From an uncultured Chloroflexia bacterium (lineage in GTDB: Bacteria > Chloroflexota > Limnocylindria > Limnocylindrales > CSP1-4), in assembly GCA_963727005.1 (NCBI GenBank), contig CAVSEO010000001.1, forward strand, positions 13,085 to 77,084: DNA of 64,000 bases, in the 5' to 3' direction. The notes under the pieces were generated by a model, which saw only the letters and a program-made list of their open reading frames with translations, did not search any database and had not been told where the DNA came from. A program made the position numbers and the translations under genes. This document shows, piece after piece, positions 51,000 through 60,377 of the stretch. Position 1 is the stretch's first letter; every line of letters starts with the position of its first letter.

Positions 51000-52948
51000 C
51001 TAGGAGCCCGGAGGCGCCGGCAGATCCATCGGCGTACCGAGCGGGTCGGTGCCACCGCCGAGCGCCATCGGAACGAGAGGGCTGCCGATGCCGTAGGCCC
51101 AAACCTTGAGGTAGTAGACGCCCGATGCCAGGGGGGCGCCTCTCGCGTCCACGAAACTGAACGGCTTCGAACCCTGGGTCAGTCCATGGCGGGTGACGCC
51201 CGACGGCACGACGATCGCCCCATCGGCCGGGCCTCCGCCCACCGGGGAGTCCGAGCCTTCCTCTACCGTCGGGTCGCCCGCGCCGACCTGCCACGCCAGC
51301 ACGAGCTTGCCGCTGGCATCGCGCTGGTAGGCAGCGGCCCGGAACGCCGTGGGGCCGGTGCCGAGGACGACGCCCAGCGGATAGCGGTTGTCGACCTCGA
51401 CCGAGACGTCGACCGCATCCGCCTGAACCGGCGTGCCACCGCCGATCACGACCGTCGGTCCGGCCGCGGCCGCCCGAGCGGTCACCACCGCCCGAACCTG
51501 GACGAAGGACGATCCGGCCATGTTCGGCAGTGCCCAGAAGGCGGTGAAGGCCACGGCTCCGCCGGCCAGCCCGAGCGCCAGGATCGTGCGACCGCGACCG
51601 GATGTCATCGGATCGGCCGTCCGAGCGAATCGGGTCCGTTGGGGCGCATCTGTTCTGCCGTCCCAGGCCCCTCGCTGGGTCGCGCGGCCGCGGCTCCGCA
51701 GCCGATAGCCGGCAATTCCGAGCAACGCCAACAGGATCGCCGCAACCAGGACGGACACGATCAGGTCGGATGACGAACCGCGGCCGGGCGGGGTTCCACC
51801 GACCGCCCCTGCGGCCGCCCCACCGACGCGGGAAGGCTGCTCCGTGGGCGTAGGAGCCGCGGTGACCGCGGGAGTGGGGGTTGGGGCGTGGTTTACCGGA
51901 CCTGCGGCTCCGGTGAGCAGCGCCAGCACCGCCAGGTACCGCTCACCGTAGTTCTTGCTGGGCTCAACGTACGAGTTCTCGGTGTACTCGTTCCAGCTGA
52001 TCACGGCCATTCCGTCCGGGTTCGTGGCCAGAGCGTCGTCCCACGCCGCGGTGAGGGTCGCGCCGTTGCGCCGGTCGACGACAGTGGTCCCGCCGTTCAG
52101 ACGCGCGTCGAAGCCCGCGGCGGCCGGTGCGAGCCACAGCCCGTTGTCGTTGTGGACCGCCGTCGCGAGGTCGCCGAGGCGCTTCTGGTAGCCCGGCGTG
52201 GTCAATGGATCGGCCGACGACCAGTAGTAGGCGTCGCCGTCGAAGAGGGCGGCACGGGGCTGATACTCGGCCGCGCTTCGTTGTGAGCCGAGCAGCAGCA
52301 CCTTGTTCGGCGCACCGATCGAAGCGCGCACCGTTGAGATGTCGGCGTCGCTGAATCGCCACGTGCCCGACCAGATGACCGCCGGCTTGCCGAACAGGTC
52401 GAAGACCGGGTCGGATCCGTACTGGTCCTCGAACCACTGCAGGTCCGATTCCACCTGGGAGGCCGGAATCGGGTTTCGGTTGACGTCGAGGCCTTCGTAG
52501 ATGAGCACGAGCTTCAGGCCCTGGCTATGACACTCCGCCACAAGCTCGGACAGGGCCAGGTTCAAGTCGGGCGTGCTCTTCCAGGACACGATGAACGCGT
52601 CCACGCCGGACTCCTTCGCCCAGGTCACCTGCTGCTTTATCACCGCGGGGCTCGTGCTCGAGTACGCGCCAAGAACGGGGACGTCCGTCTTGGCGTGAGT
52701 CCAGCTCCCCGAGTTGAACCACATGTAGTAGTAAGCCAGGACGGGTGGGCGGGACGCGGCGCCCGGAGAGGGCCGGCGGCGCCCGAGGGACCGGCAGAGC
52801 CCGAAGGGGCGGCCGCGGAGGATGGCACCGGGCTGGTCGACGGCGCCAGCCCAAGAGAGCTGATTCCGGCGATCGCCAGGAGGAGCGGTATGGCCCGAGT
52901 CCAGCCCAGGTGTCCGGGCCCGGAGCCACCGCGTCGCGATCGATCCAC
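51000..52948 (-). CDS. membrane protein with GH99-like domain, Pro/Thr linker, TM segment, and a C-terminal part that may be a separate secreted beta-rich protein; one frameshift as assembled near 52750
   Basis: GTG 52948 after GAGG with signal anchor AIPLLLAIAGISSLG (frame of ORF 52640..53494). Then in ORF 51000..53069: LAYYYMWFNSGSW, FIVSWKS, LVLIYEG, VISWNEYTENSYVEPS, HAPTPTPAVTAAPTPTEQP, TM LIVSVLVAAILLALLGIAGY. An internal MTSGRGRTILALGLAGGAVAFTAFWA begins at an ATGA (about 51606-51609). Confidence 0.7.
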
Positions 52949-52965
52949 CGCCTCGACCCCGGGCG

Positions 52966-54364
52966 TCAGGCTGTCGCCTGGGAGCCGCTGTTGGCCCTGC
53001 GCCGGATGCGCCTCGAGACGACGACCCAGCGCGCGATGGCGGCGGTACCCACGAGGAGGATGATCCCAAGCACCAGCGCGACGTCCAGGTACGTGATCAC
53101 CCGCAGGGTGGAGTCCTGCACCTTGGACAGGGCAACGGGCGTCGGCGGCGAATAGGCGACCGAGCTCAGGGCGAGCTGGTACTGGCCACGCGGCAGATTC
53201 TCGAAGGTGATCCGGCCGGCCGAATCCACCCGCTCCTGAACCGCGACGCCGTCCGGGTAGGTCAGCTTCAGCTGTCCGGAGACCGGGGTACCGAACAGGG
53301 CATCGCGCGTCTGCACCGTCATGCTGTAGAGCAAGAGCTGGATCGTCCAGACGCCGTTCTGAGTCGGCGTCCAGGCCTGCTGGCCGCGGTTGACGACTTC
53401 GGCCCCGTGGATCGTGACGGAGAGCGCCCGATACGTGGTTGGCGATGCGGTGAGCGAGGTGCTGAACCGTACCGCCGAGGCGGCCGTCCACCACACATCT
53501 TTTGCGCCGGTCTGTGAGTTCAGGACGATGTCGTCCGTACCGGTGCCGGTGCTGAATTGGGCCTGAGAGATGATCGTCGGATCGACGGGCTGGCTATTCA
53601 GGTCGACATACTGGATGGTTGCCCGGTACGCGACTCGTGATGCCCATCACAAACGTGGCCGGACCGACGACGTCGATCGTCCGGTTGGCCGTATAGACGT
53701 TGTCCAGCCAGCGCACGAAGCTCGCCTTGACCGTGGCCGTGGCAGAGATGTCGGGATTGAGGTCGACCGTCAGCTGGTAGGCGCCGGTCTTCGGCACGGG
53801 CAGCGCCGCGACCCCGTCGGGCCCGGTCAGCGCCGTCTCCGTGCCGAGCGTGAAGCGCAGGTCCGGCTGGGCCGGGACCGTCCGGAACTGGATGCCCGCG
53901 GCCAGGATCGTGAGAGTCGCGTTGGCACTGGATGCGGCAAGGCCACGAGCGCCACCGAACGTAACCTGGACCGCGTAGGCCCGAGCCTCGCTGATGTCCT
54001 TGGCCGCGATTACCAGCGGGACCTTGCCGGTAGTGTCGGTCTTGTCGCTGCGCACCTGATTGCCGTCGAGAAGGAGCGACAGGTGCTCGCCCACGATGGG
54101 CTGGCCGCCCTGTGTGGTCAGCGATGCACCAACGGTGACGTCGTTGCCCAGGACGCTGCCCGTCGGGACCTCGAGCTTGATGACCGTGGCGACGATCGGA
54201 ATCGGCGCCGCGGCTCTGGTGCCGGCCAACGGAATCGGCTGGCTCGAGAGAGCCGCCGCCGCAGCCGGGGCCAGGGCCAGCCCGAGAGAGCAGGCGAGTG
54301 CCACCGCCGCGGTAATGGAAGCGACCCTGCGCCTCGGCGACAGGCTCGCGGAAAGCTCGTGCAT
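52966..54364 (-). CDS. secreted beta-sandwich (Ig-like / carboxypeptidase-regulatory-like) protein with C-terminal TM anchor; one frameshift as assembled near 53630
   Basis: Signal peptide ITAAVALACSLGLALAPAAAAA in ORF 53594..54364. Continuation in ORF 52966..53496 with GRITFENLPRGQYQL and anchor VALVLGIILLVGTAAIARWVVVSRRIRRR. Confidence 0.6.
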
Positions 54365-55879
54365 TAGCGGGACCTCGCGCTTCGCTCGGGCGCCTGGCGG
54401 AGCCAGGGCCGCGCGATGAATGAGCCGCAGATCACCGCGAACGCGACGACGACGGCATAGATGGCGAGCAGGATCGACCGATTGGCGGCCTCGGTAGTCG
54501 TTGGGCCCGGGAATGTCTGGGCCGGGAAGACCGGCGCGGCCGGTGGACGACCGAGGTCGAGAGCGTCGGCGATGCTGTTGGCGGTCGCGTCGCGCGCCGT
54601 GAGCGGCTGAAGCGACCAGTTGTCCTCGATGAACTTGAGAATCGATGTGAAGTCGTATGTGGTGGTGTCGATCAGCCCGCTCCGTGCGTAGGGCGAAACG
54701 ATGATCGCCGGCACACGGAACCCGTAGCCGTCACTGTCGACCTGCGGGGGCGGGACGTGGTCGTACCAGCCACCCCAATCGTCCCACGTGACCGCCCAGA
54801 CGCTGCTGTCCCAGGCCGAGCTGCGCATCAGCGACGTGGCCGTCGTTACGGCGAAGGACTGGCCCGCGGTGATGTCGCCGGGCGGGTGCTCCGACAGGCC
54901 GCTCGGAACCAGATAGGCCACGGCCGGGAGCTGGCCCTTCTGCAGGTCCGTGTAGTACTGCTGGAGGTCGACGATGTGCGACGAGAGCGCCGGGTCGTCG
55001 ATGAAGCGGGCGTAGTTGAGGAGCGGAGCCCAGATCAGCTGGGACTCCTTGGGCGTGGTGGTGCCGGCCGCGGCGCTCGTGGCGGCGGCGCTCGTAGTCC
55101 GGAAGGTGATACTGGGGTCGTAGTTCTGGACGTAGAACTTCCAGGAGACGCCCGCCGCCTGGAGCCGGTCGAAGATCGTGGGGAAGTCGTACCCGGCCGC
55201 TGGGACCGGTCCGCCACCGCGGGCCGCGATCGAGTACATGTGGTTGATCTGGCTCGAGCCCATGGCCGAGCTGAAGAAGCGCGTCGCCAGCACGTATTGA
55301 CTGGCCAGGTTGTAGTAGACGGGCAGATCCGTGCCGTCGTAGTAACCCACCGCCAGGTTGTTGGGCAGGTTGTACTGGTCCTGCGCGGCCGAGAAGCCGT
55401 CCATTCGTCCGCCGTCGAAGGCTCGGAGGGCCGCTTCGGTGCTGTGGTTCAGGTCGACTGTGCGATGGCTCGAGAGGTGGAAGGGCGCGTAGCACTCGCT
55501 GGCCGATGGGGCCGCGCGTCGGAGACGGAGTCGGGCTCGGCGTGGCCTTGTTCTTGGAGCTCGCGGACGGCTTGGGCGAGCCTGACGGCGCCGGGGTAGG
55601 GCTCTTGGTGGGGGTGGGATTGGGCACGGGCGTGGGGATCCAGTTGGGCTGGCAGGTGTTCGGCTCCGGGTCCACGCCCGGGAAGGCGGAGAAGTAGTTG
55701 TCGAACGTGTGGTTCTCCTGCATCAGGAAGACCACGTGCTGGATGGGCTTGCCGGCCGCCGCCGCCGGAGAGGCGAACGCAAGCGGCGCCGCCGCGATTC
55801 CGGCGACCATCGCCAGGCCGGCAAGGCGTGCCAGCCGGGGGCTGTACCGGAACGGGGACCGGACGGAGAAGAGGCTCAC
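54364..55879 (-). CDS. phosphoesterase family protein (PF04185: phospholipase C / acid phosphatase type) with internal Pro/Thr/Ser insert and C-terminal TM anchor; one frameshift as assembled near 55500
   Basis: Signal peptide, then [23 protein letters not shown] and [24 protein letters not shown] in ORF 54731..55879. Then [59 protein letters not shown] and anchor [20 protein letters not shown] in ORF 54364..55404. Confidence 0.8.
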
Positions 55880-58800
55880 GGCCGGACCTCGTAGATCTGT
55901 ATGACGACCTGCGTCGACACCTTGCCGGACGCGTCTCGCGTCACGGCCGACTGCTGGTAGACCAGCGTGCCGTGATATCGGGTCACGTAGGTCTTGGTCA
56001 ACCCATCGAAGAAGGGCGAGCGCTGGGCCGACCAGATGTCCGTGGCGATGTACTGGATCTGGTTCAGCTGGAGCGCCCTGTCCGGGTTCACGATCGGGTC
56101 GTAGGCCGGGTTGCGGCGAATCGGGTTCGGGCTGACCGAGAGGCCGTAGGCCCGTCGCTGCCCGTAGAACTCGACGATGTTGGCCAGCGTGGGCCCGGTG
56201 GTCAGGAACGCCGCCCCCTGGGGGACGTTCTCCTTGATCCAGAGCCCCGCGTCGCGGCCACCCGGCAGGCCGCCGGTTCCGGCCAGTGACCCACTCATCG
56301 AGGGCGAGATCACGGCTTCCGCGGTCGGTATGGCGATGCTCATGAGCGTGATTGCGAGGAAGGCCGCGGTCGCGACAACGGGCGCCCGGCGCGAGTCTCC
56401 GAGGCGCTCAGGCAGGCGGCTGATGACCGGTCTCAGGGCGCTGCCTGTGAGGTCGGAAACCCTGCGCTGCAGTCTCAACCGGCGAGATGACGGGGCGGCA
56501 GCCGGCGGGGCGGCGGCCAGCAAGCGGTCGAAGGCCGGCCCGTAGGCCGCCCGCGAACTGGTCGCGGCCGTGAGCATGCGGTCGAATGACACCCCGACCA
56601 GGATCGCCCCAGCGGGCGCGATCGGCAGGAGGTACTGGAAGCCCTTGACCGGCCAGAGCTCGAAGAACGCGAGTGGAACCATGATCCAGGCCAGGATCAG
56701 CTTGTCCTCCCAGCCGCCGCGCCGGAGCACGTAGACAAGCCCGACGATGGCGGTGATGAGAACGAGAGGGCCCATCGCCCCGGGAAGGATGTCCGCGTAG
56801 AAGGTCCAGGTATGGTTCGGCTGCCGCAGTACCTCCCAGGCCACGAAGGAACCGGCGGCGTTGGTGCCCTTGCCGATCAAGATGGCGGCCGGATAGGGCG
56901 CCACGGCCATAACGAATAGGGCGATGGCGAGGATCTGGCGGCGAGCCGAGATCCGGATCTCGGGGGCGAGCAGAAGGAAGCTGATCGCGACGGGGACCAG
57001 GAGGATCGCCGTCTCCTTGGCGAGCACGGTGAGCCCGATGGCGAAGGCCGCGCCATACAACCAGCGGGACTGCCTGCTCCGAGCGTATCGGGCAAGCAGG
57101 TAGATGCTGAGCAGGAACAGCGTCGTTTCCGGCCCGTCGAGGAGGGCCTGCCGGGTGACGATTACGTGATAGGGCATCACGGCCATCACCGCCGCGGCGA
57201 TGAGCCCGACTCTGCGGTTGTACAGCAGCGCGCCGGTGGCGTACGCGAGGCCGATCGCGGCCAGGCCGAAGGCCACCGAGATCAGTCTGGGCGTGACATC
57301 GTTCACGCCGAACAGGCGGAACGGAATTGAGTTGAGGAACTGCACCAGCAGGGGATGAGCGCGGAAGATGGCGAACAACGGGCCATAGGTCGGGTCTCCG
57401 GCGAGCGACGCGCCCTGACCCATGTAGACCGCTTCGTCGTTGTTGAAGCCGATCGACCCGATGGCCCACAGCCGAACCGCCGCCCCTACCAGGAGCGCGG
57501 CGCTGAGGGCCAGCCAAACCCGGGCATTGGCCCGGACGCGACTCACGGCCCGGTCGCGGATCGCTCCGAAGTCGGGCACGAGAGGGAATCCGCCGGCCAG
57601 CCGGAGGCCGCCCATGGGTTCGATCGCGATGGCCTCGGCTATGCCCGCCGAGGCCGCCCCGCCGCCGCTCCTTTTCGGATCATCGTCTCGGGGAGGCTTC
57701 CTGCGCTTTCTACGGTCCGGGGAAGTTGACGCGACCGGAAAAGGGCGCTCACCTCCCGCGCTCGTGCCGTAGGTATCGCTGCCGACGGTTGTTGCGTAGG
57801 AGAAGGCCGCCGCGGCGACTTCGGCGTGGGCCTGTGCCGGAACCGGCAGACCGGCCGGGGCGTAGCCTCCGGCTTCGGCGGCCGCCACCGTGACGGGCGC
57901 CTCGGGCTCGATCGGGATTCCGACCGGCTCGCGGTCGTTGGTCTCGATCGGGATGCCGACCGGCTCGCGGTCGTCGTCGGTGCCGAGGATCAGCTTGGGG
58001 AGCAACTCGCCCCACTCGTGGCCGCGGACTCGCAGCCGCCACACCGTCACGTTCGAGATCGCCTGGGTGAGGAGCCGCCTCTCATGGTCTCGAAGCTGCT
58101 CGTAGTTCTCGCCTCCGATCACGAGGTTCGGGGCGAGAGTGGCGAACGGCGGGAAGCCGTAGGCGTCGTCGGTGTTCTCGATCAGCTGGTCGATCGCCGC
58201 CTCGAGCTCGACGCGTTCCTGGACTGGCTCGCCGCGCTCCATCAGGAAGACGTTGGCGATGGGCGTCTCGGTCGCGATGTGGGCCGGCAGCAGCTTGGTG
58301 ATGTGGTACTTGGGCGGGGGAACCATGATCTGGAGGACGCTGTTGATGGACATGATCGGCACGTTGAGGCTGCCGAGGCCCTTGCCCACCGTGCGGCCGC
58401 TCTTCGAGTGGACGCGGCTTTGCACCTGCAGCTGCATGCGCTTCCTGGGGCTGAGCGTGGAGGCGTCCACGGCGCGGGTCATGGTGTGATAGGAGAGCGT
58501 CATCGGCTTGGGGAAGGTCCGGACGAAGCCGGCCGGGTCGATGATCGCCATGTCGTCGGAGATGAACCGCCAGTGGCGCTCGCGCACGAGGTTGATGACG
58601 GTGCTCGTCTTGCCGGTGTCGGTCTGAGCGGAGAGCAGGGTGGCCTTGCCTTCGACTTCCAGCCCGGCCGAATGGAGCAGCACGTATCCCTTGGAGACGA
58701 GCACGAACCGCAGCAGCGCCTCGACGACGTTCGTGTAGAGGACGTGCCGGGACAGGCCCAGGAGCGGCGACGCGTCAATCGTGATGGGGTTGCCCATGGT

Positions 58801-59496
58801 CACGTTGAAGTCGGCCCCGAGGACGCCCAGGTGCTCCCTGTACGTGATGCGCTCGCCATCGCGCCGCATCCGGACTCGAAGGTTCGGCAGCGCGCCCACC
58901 CGGTGGACGCGGATTCGGATGTCCGGAGGGGTGGTGAGTTCGGTTCGGAAATAGGACAGTTCGGGAAGCTCGGAGTCCGAGTCCAGCCGGAGCAGGCCGC
59001 CGATGTCATAGCGGTACTTCGGGGCCTTCACGGCCGACCCGCCAAGCTCGGCCGAAGCGAGGTCGCCTTCCTTCTTTCGCCAGACCCATCCGTCCGAGAC
59101 GGCGAAGCGCAGGACGAAGAGGGCGGCGAGAGTGATGAGGTTCGACGACGCCGAGCCCAGCCGCCCGAAGTCGGTAAGCGCCCACAGCATCGGCACGCGC
59201 AGGCCCAGCAGGGCGACGTTCATGCCCGCGTAGGCGAGGTAGCGGACCGTGGCCCGTCCGGCGAAGCGACGACCCCTGAACGACCAGAACTCGTTGCCCG
59301 CGAAGTTCCAGGTGGTGGAGAAAGCCGTCGCCGCGAAGGCCGAAGCGACGAACCAGACGCGCAGGTTGTCGGTCAGGGCGACGTAGACGATCTCGTTGAC
59401 GAGGATGCCGCTGAATCCCACCAACAGGAACTTGGTGAGAGCGGCCACCCGAGGCGAGACCGATGCGGATCTGCCCTGGCGTGTGAGGACCTTCAT
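55876..59496 (-). CDS. 1206-codon fusion ORF: GtrA-like 4-TM module, HprK-like P-loop kinase domain, disordered linker, GT-C (ArnT/PMT_2-like) glycosyltransferase with periplasmic C-terminal domain
   Basis: Real start taken as ATG 59496 (MKVLTRQGRS...). The 371 codons upstream in ORF 55876..60609 overlap the GT2 gene out of frame. GtrA-like: FLLVGFSGILVNEIVYVAL...WNFAGNEFWSF. Kinase: VLLHSAGLEVEGKATLLSAQTDTGKTSTVINLV...RFISDDMAII. GT-C: AVRLWAIGSIGFNNDEAVYMGQG...LAKETAILLVP plus about 11 further hydrophobic segments. ATGA overlap with the downstream phosphoesterase. Confidence 0.8.
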   Translation of the reverse strand: MKVLTRQGRSASVSPRVAALTKFLLVGFSGILVNEIVYVALTDNLRVWFVASAFAATAFSTTWNFAGNEFWSFRGRRFAGRATVRYLAYAGMNVALLGLRVPMLWALTDFGRLGSASSNLITLAALFVLRFAVSDGWVWRKKEGDLASAELGGSAVKAPKYRYDIGGLLRLDSDSELPELSYFRTELTTPPDIRIRVHRVGALPNLRVRMRRDGERITYREHLGVLGADFNVTMGNPITIDASPLLGLSRHVLYTNVVEALLRFVLVSKGYVLLHSAGLEVEGKATLLSAQTDTGKTSTVINLVRERHWRFISDDMAIIDPAGFVRTFPKPMTLSYHTMTRAVDASTLSPRKRMQLQVQSRVHSKSGRTVGKGLGSLNVPIMSINSVLQIMVPPPKYHITKLLPAHIATETPIANVFLMERGEPVQERVELEAAIDQLIENTDDAYGFPPFATLAPNLVIGGENYEQLRDHERRLLTQAISNVTVWRLRVRGHEWGELLPKLILGTDDDREPVGIPIETNDREPVGIPIEPEAPVTVAAAEAGGYAPAGLPVPAQAHAEVAAAAFSYATTVGSDTYGTSAGGERPFPVASTSPDRRKRRKPPRDDDPKRSGGGAASAGIAEAIAIEPMGGLRLAGGFPLVPDFGAIRDRAVSRVRANARVWLALSAALLVGAAVRLWAIGSIGFNNDEAVYMGQGASLAGDPTYGPLFAIFRAHPLLVQFLNSIPFRLFGVNDVTPRLISVAFGLAAIGLAYATGALLYNRRVGLIAAAVMAVMPYHVIVTRQALLDGPETTLFLLSIYLLARYARSRQSRWLYGAAFAIGLTVLAKETAILLVPVAISFLLLAPEIRISARRQILAIALFVMAVAPYPAAILIGKGTNAAGSFVAWEVLRQPNHTWTFYADILPGAMGPLVLITAIVGLVYVLRRGGWEDKLILAWIMVPLAFFELWPVKGFQYLLPIAPAGAILVGVSFDRMLTAATSSRAAYGPAFDRLLAAAPPAAAPSSRRLRLQRRVSDLTGSALRPVISRLPERLGDSRRAPVVATAAFLAITLMSIAIPTAEAVISPSMSGSLAGTGGLPGGRDAGLWIKENVPQGAAFLTTGPTLANIVEFYGQRRAYGLSVSPNPIRRNPAYDPIVNPDRALQLNQIQYIATDIWSAQRSPFFDGLTKTYVTRYHGTLVYQQSAVTRDASGKVSTQVVIQIYEVRP
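57907..57978 (-). repeat. tandem 36-nt duplication (2 mismatches in the first 32 nt, last 4 nt diverged) encoding (D)REPVGIPIE twice in the fusion-protein linker
   Basis: CTCGATCGGGATTCCGACCGGCTCGCGGTCGTTGGT followed by CTCGATCGGGATGCCGACCGGCTCGCGGTCGTCGTC. Confidence 0.85.
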
Positions 59497-59618
59497 TGAG
59501 AGCACTCCCCGAAGATGCGGTGGCGGATGGGACGAGCTGGACGATGACTGGATGGTCGGAGCGAGAGGATTGGCGCTTGGGCGGATGGAATGGTGCGAAA
59601 CCTCACGTCGGCCATGAG

Positions 59619-60377
59619 CTACGTCCGGCTCGGTCTGGCCACCGGGACACGGCCTCGCACGGCCGCCCATCGAAGCGCCACGACGACCTTGAACGCCTCC
59701 AGGACGATCGACCGGCTCATCTTCGAGGCGCCCTCTCGGCGTTCCTCGAACGTGATCGGGACCTCCAGGATGCGGGCGCCGAGACGGTGAGCCCGGAAAG
59801 TCATCTCTATCTGGAATGCGTAGCCCCCGGCGTGCACGTCGTTGAGGTCGATGGACTCGAGGAGATCCACGCGCCACGCCTTGAAGCCACCGGTGAGGTC
59901 GCGCTCGGGCAGGCGCAGGACGGCCCTGGCGAAAATGCTGCCGCCCTTGCTGATGAATCTCCGGACGGGATTCCAGCGCGGGATGACACCGCCCGGGACG
60001 TATCGGCTGCCCAGGACCAGGTCTGCGCGACCGTCGATGATCGGCTCGAGGAGGGAAGGCAGGTAGCGCACTGGATGGCTGAAGTCCGCGTCCATCTGGA
60101 CGACGATCCCGGCCCCTCTGGCTTCCACGCTGCAGAACCCGTCCACGTAGGCTCGACCGAGGCCCTGCTTGGATTCGCGGTGGAGCACGGCGATGTTGGG
60201 CTTCGCCGCCGCCATCTGGTCGCCCAGAACGCCCGTGCCGTCCGGCGAGTTGTCGTCGACGATCAAGATCGAGGCCTCGGGCACCGTCCCCAGAATCGCC
60301 TCGGTTATCGGTCCCAGGTTGTCCTTCTCGTTGTATGTGGGCAGGACCACCCAGATGTGTGAATCGGCGGGGCGCAC
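59619..60377 (-). CDS. GT2 polyprenol-phosphate glycosyltransferase (Ppm1/DPM1/GtrB-like)
   Basis: VVLPTYNEKDNL, ILIVDDNSPDGT, VQMDADFSHP, GSRYVPGG, GFKAW. Typical dolichol/polyprenol-phosphate mannose (or glucose) synthase signature. Confidence 0.9.
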   Translation of the reverse strand: MRPADSHIWVVLPTYNEKDNLGPITEAILGTVPEASILIVDDNSPDGTGVLGDQMAAAKPNIAVLHRESKQGLGRAYVDGFCSVEARGAGIVVQMDADFSHPVRYLPSLLEPIIDGRADLVLGSRYVPGGVIPRWNPVRRFISKGGSIFARAVLRLPERDLTGGFKAWRVDLLESIDLNDVHAGGYAFQIEMTFRAHRLGARILEVPITFEERREGASKMSRSIVLEAFKVVVALRWAAVRGRVPVARPSRT

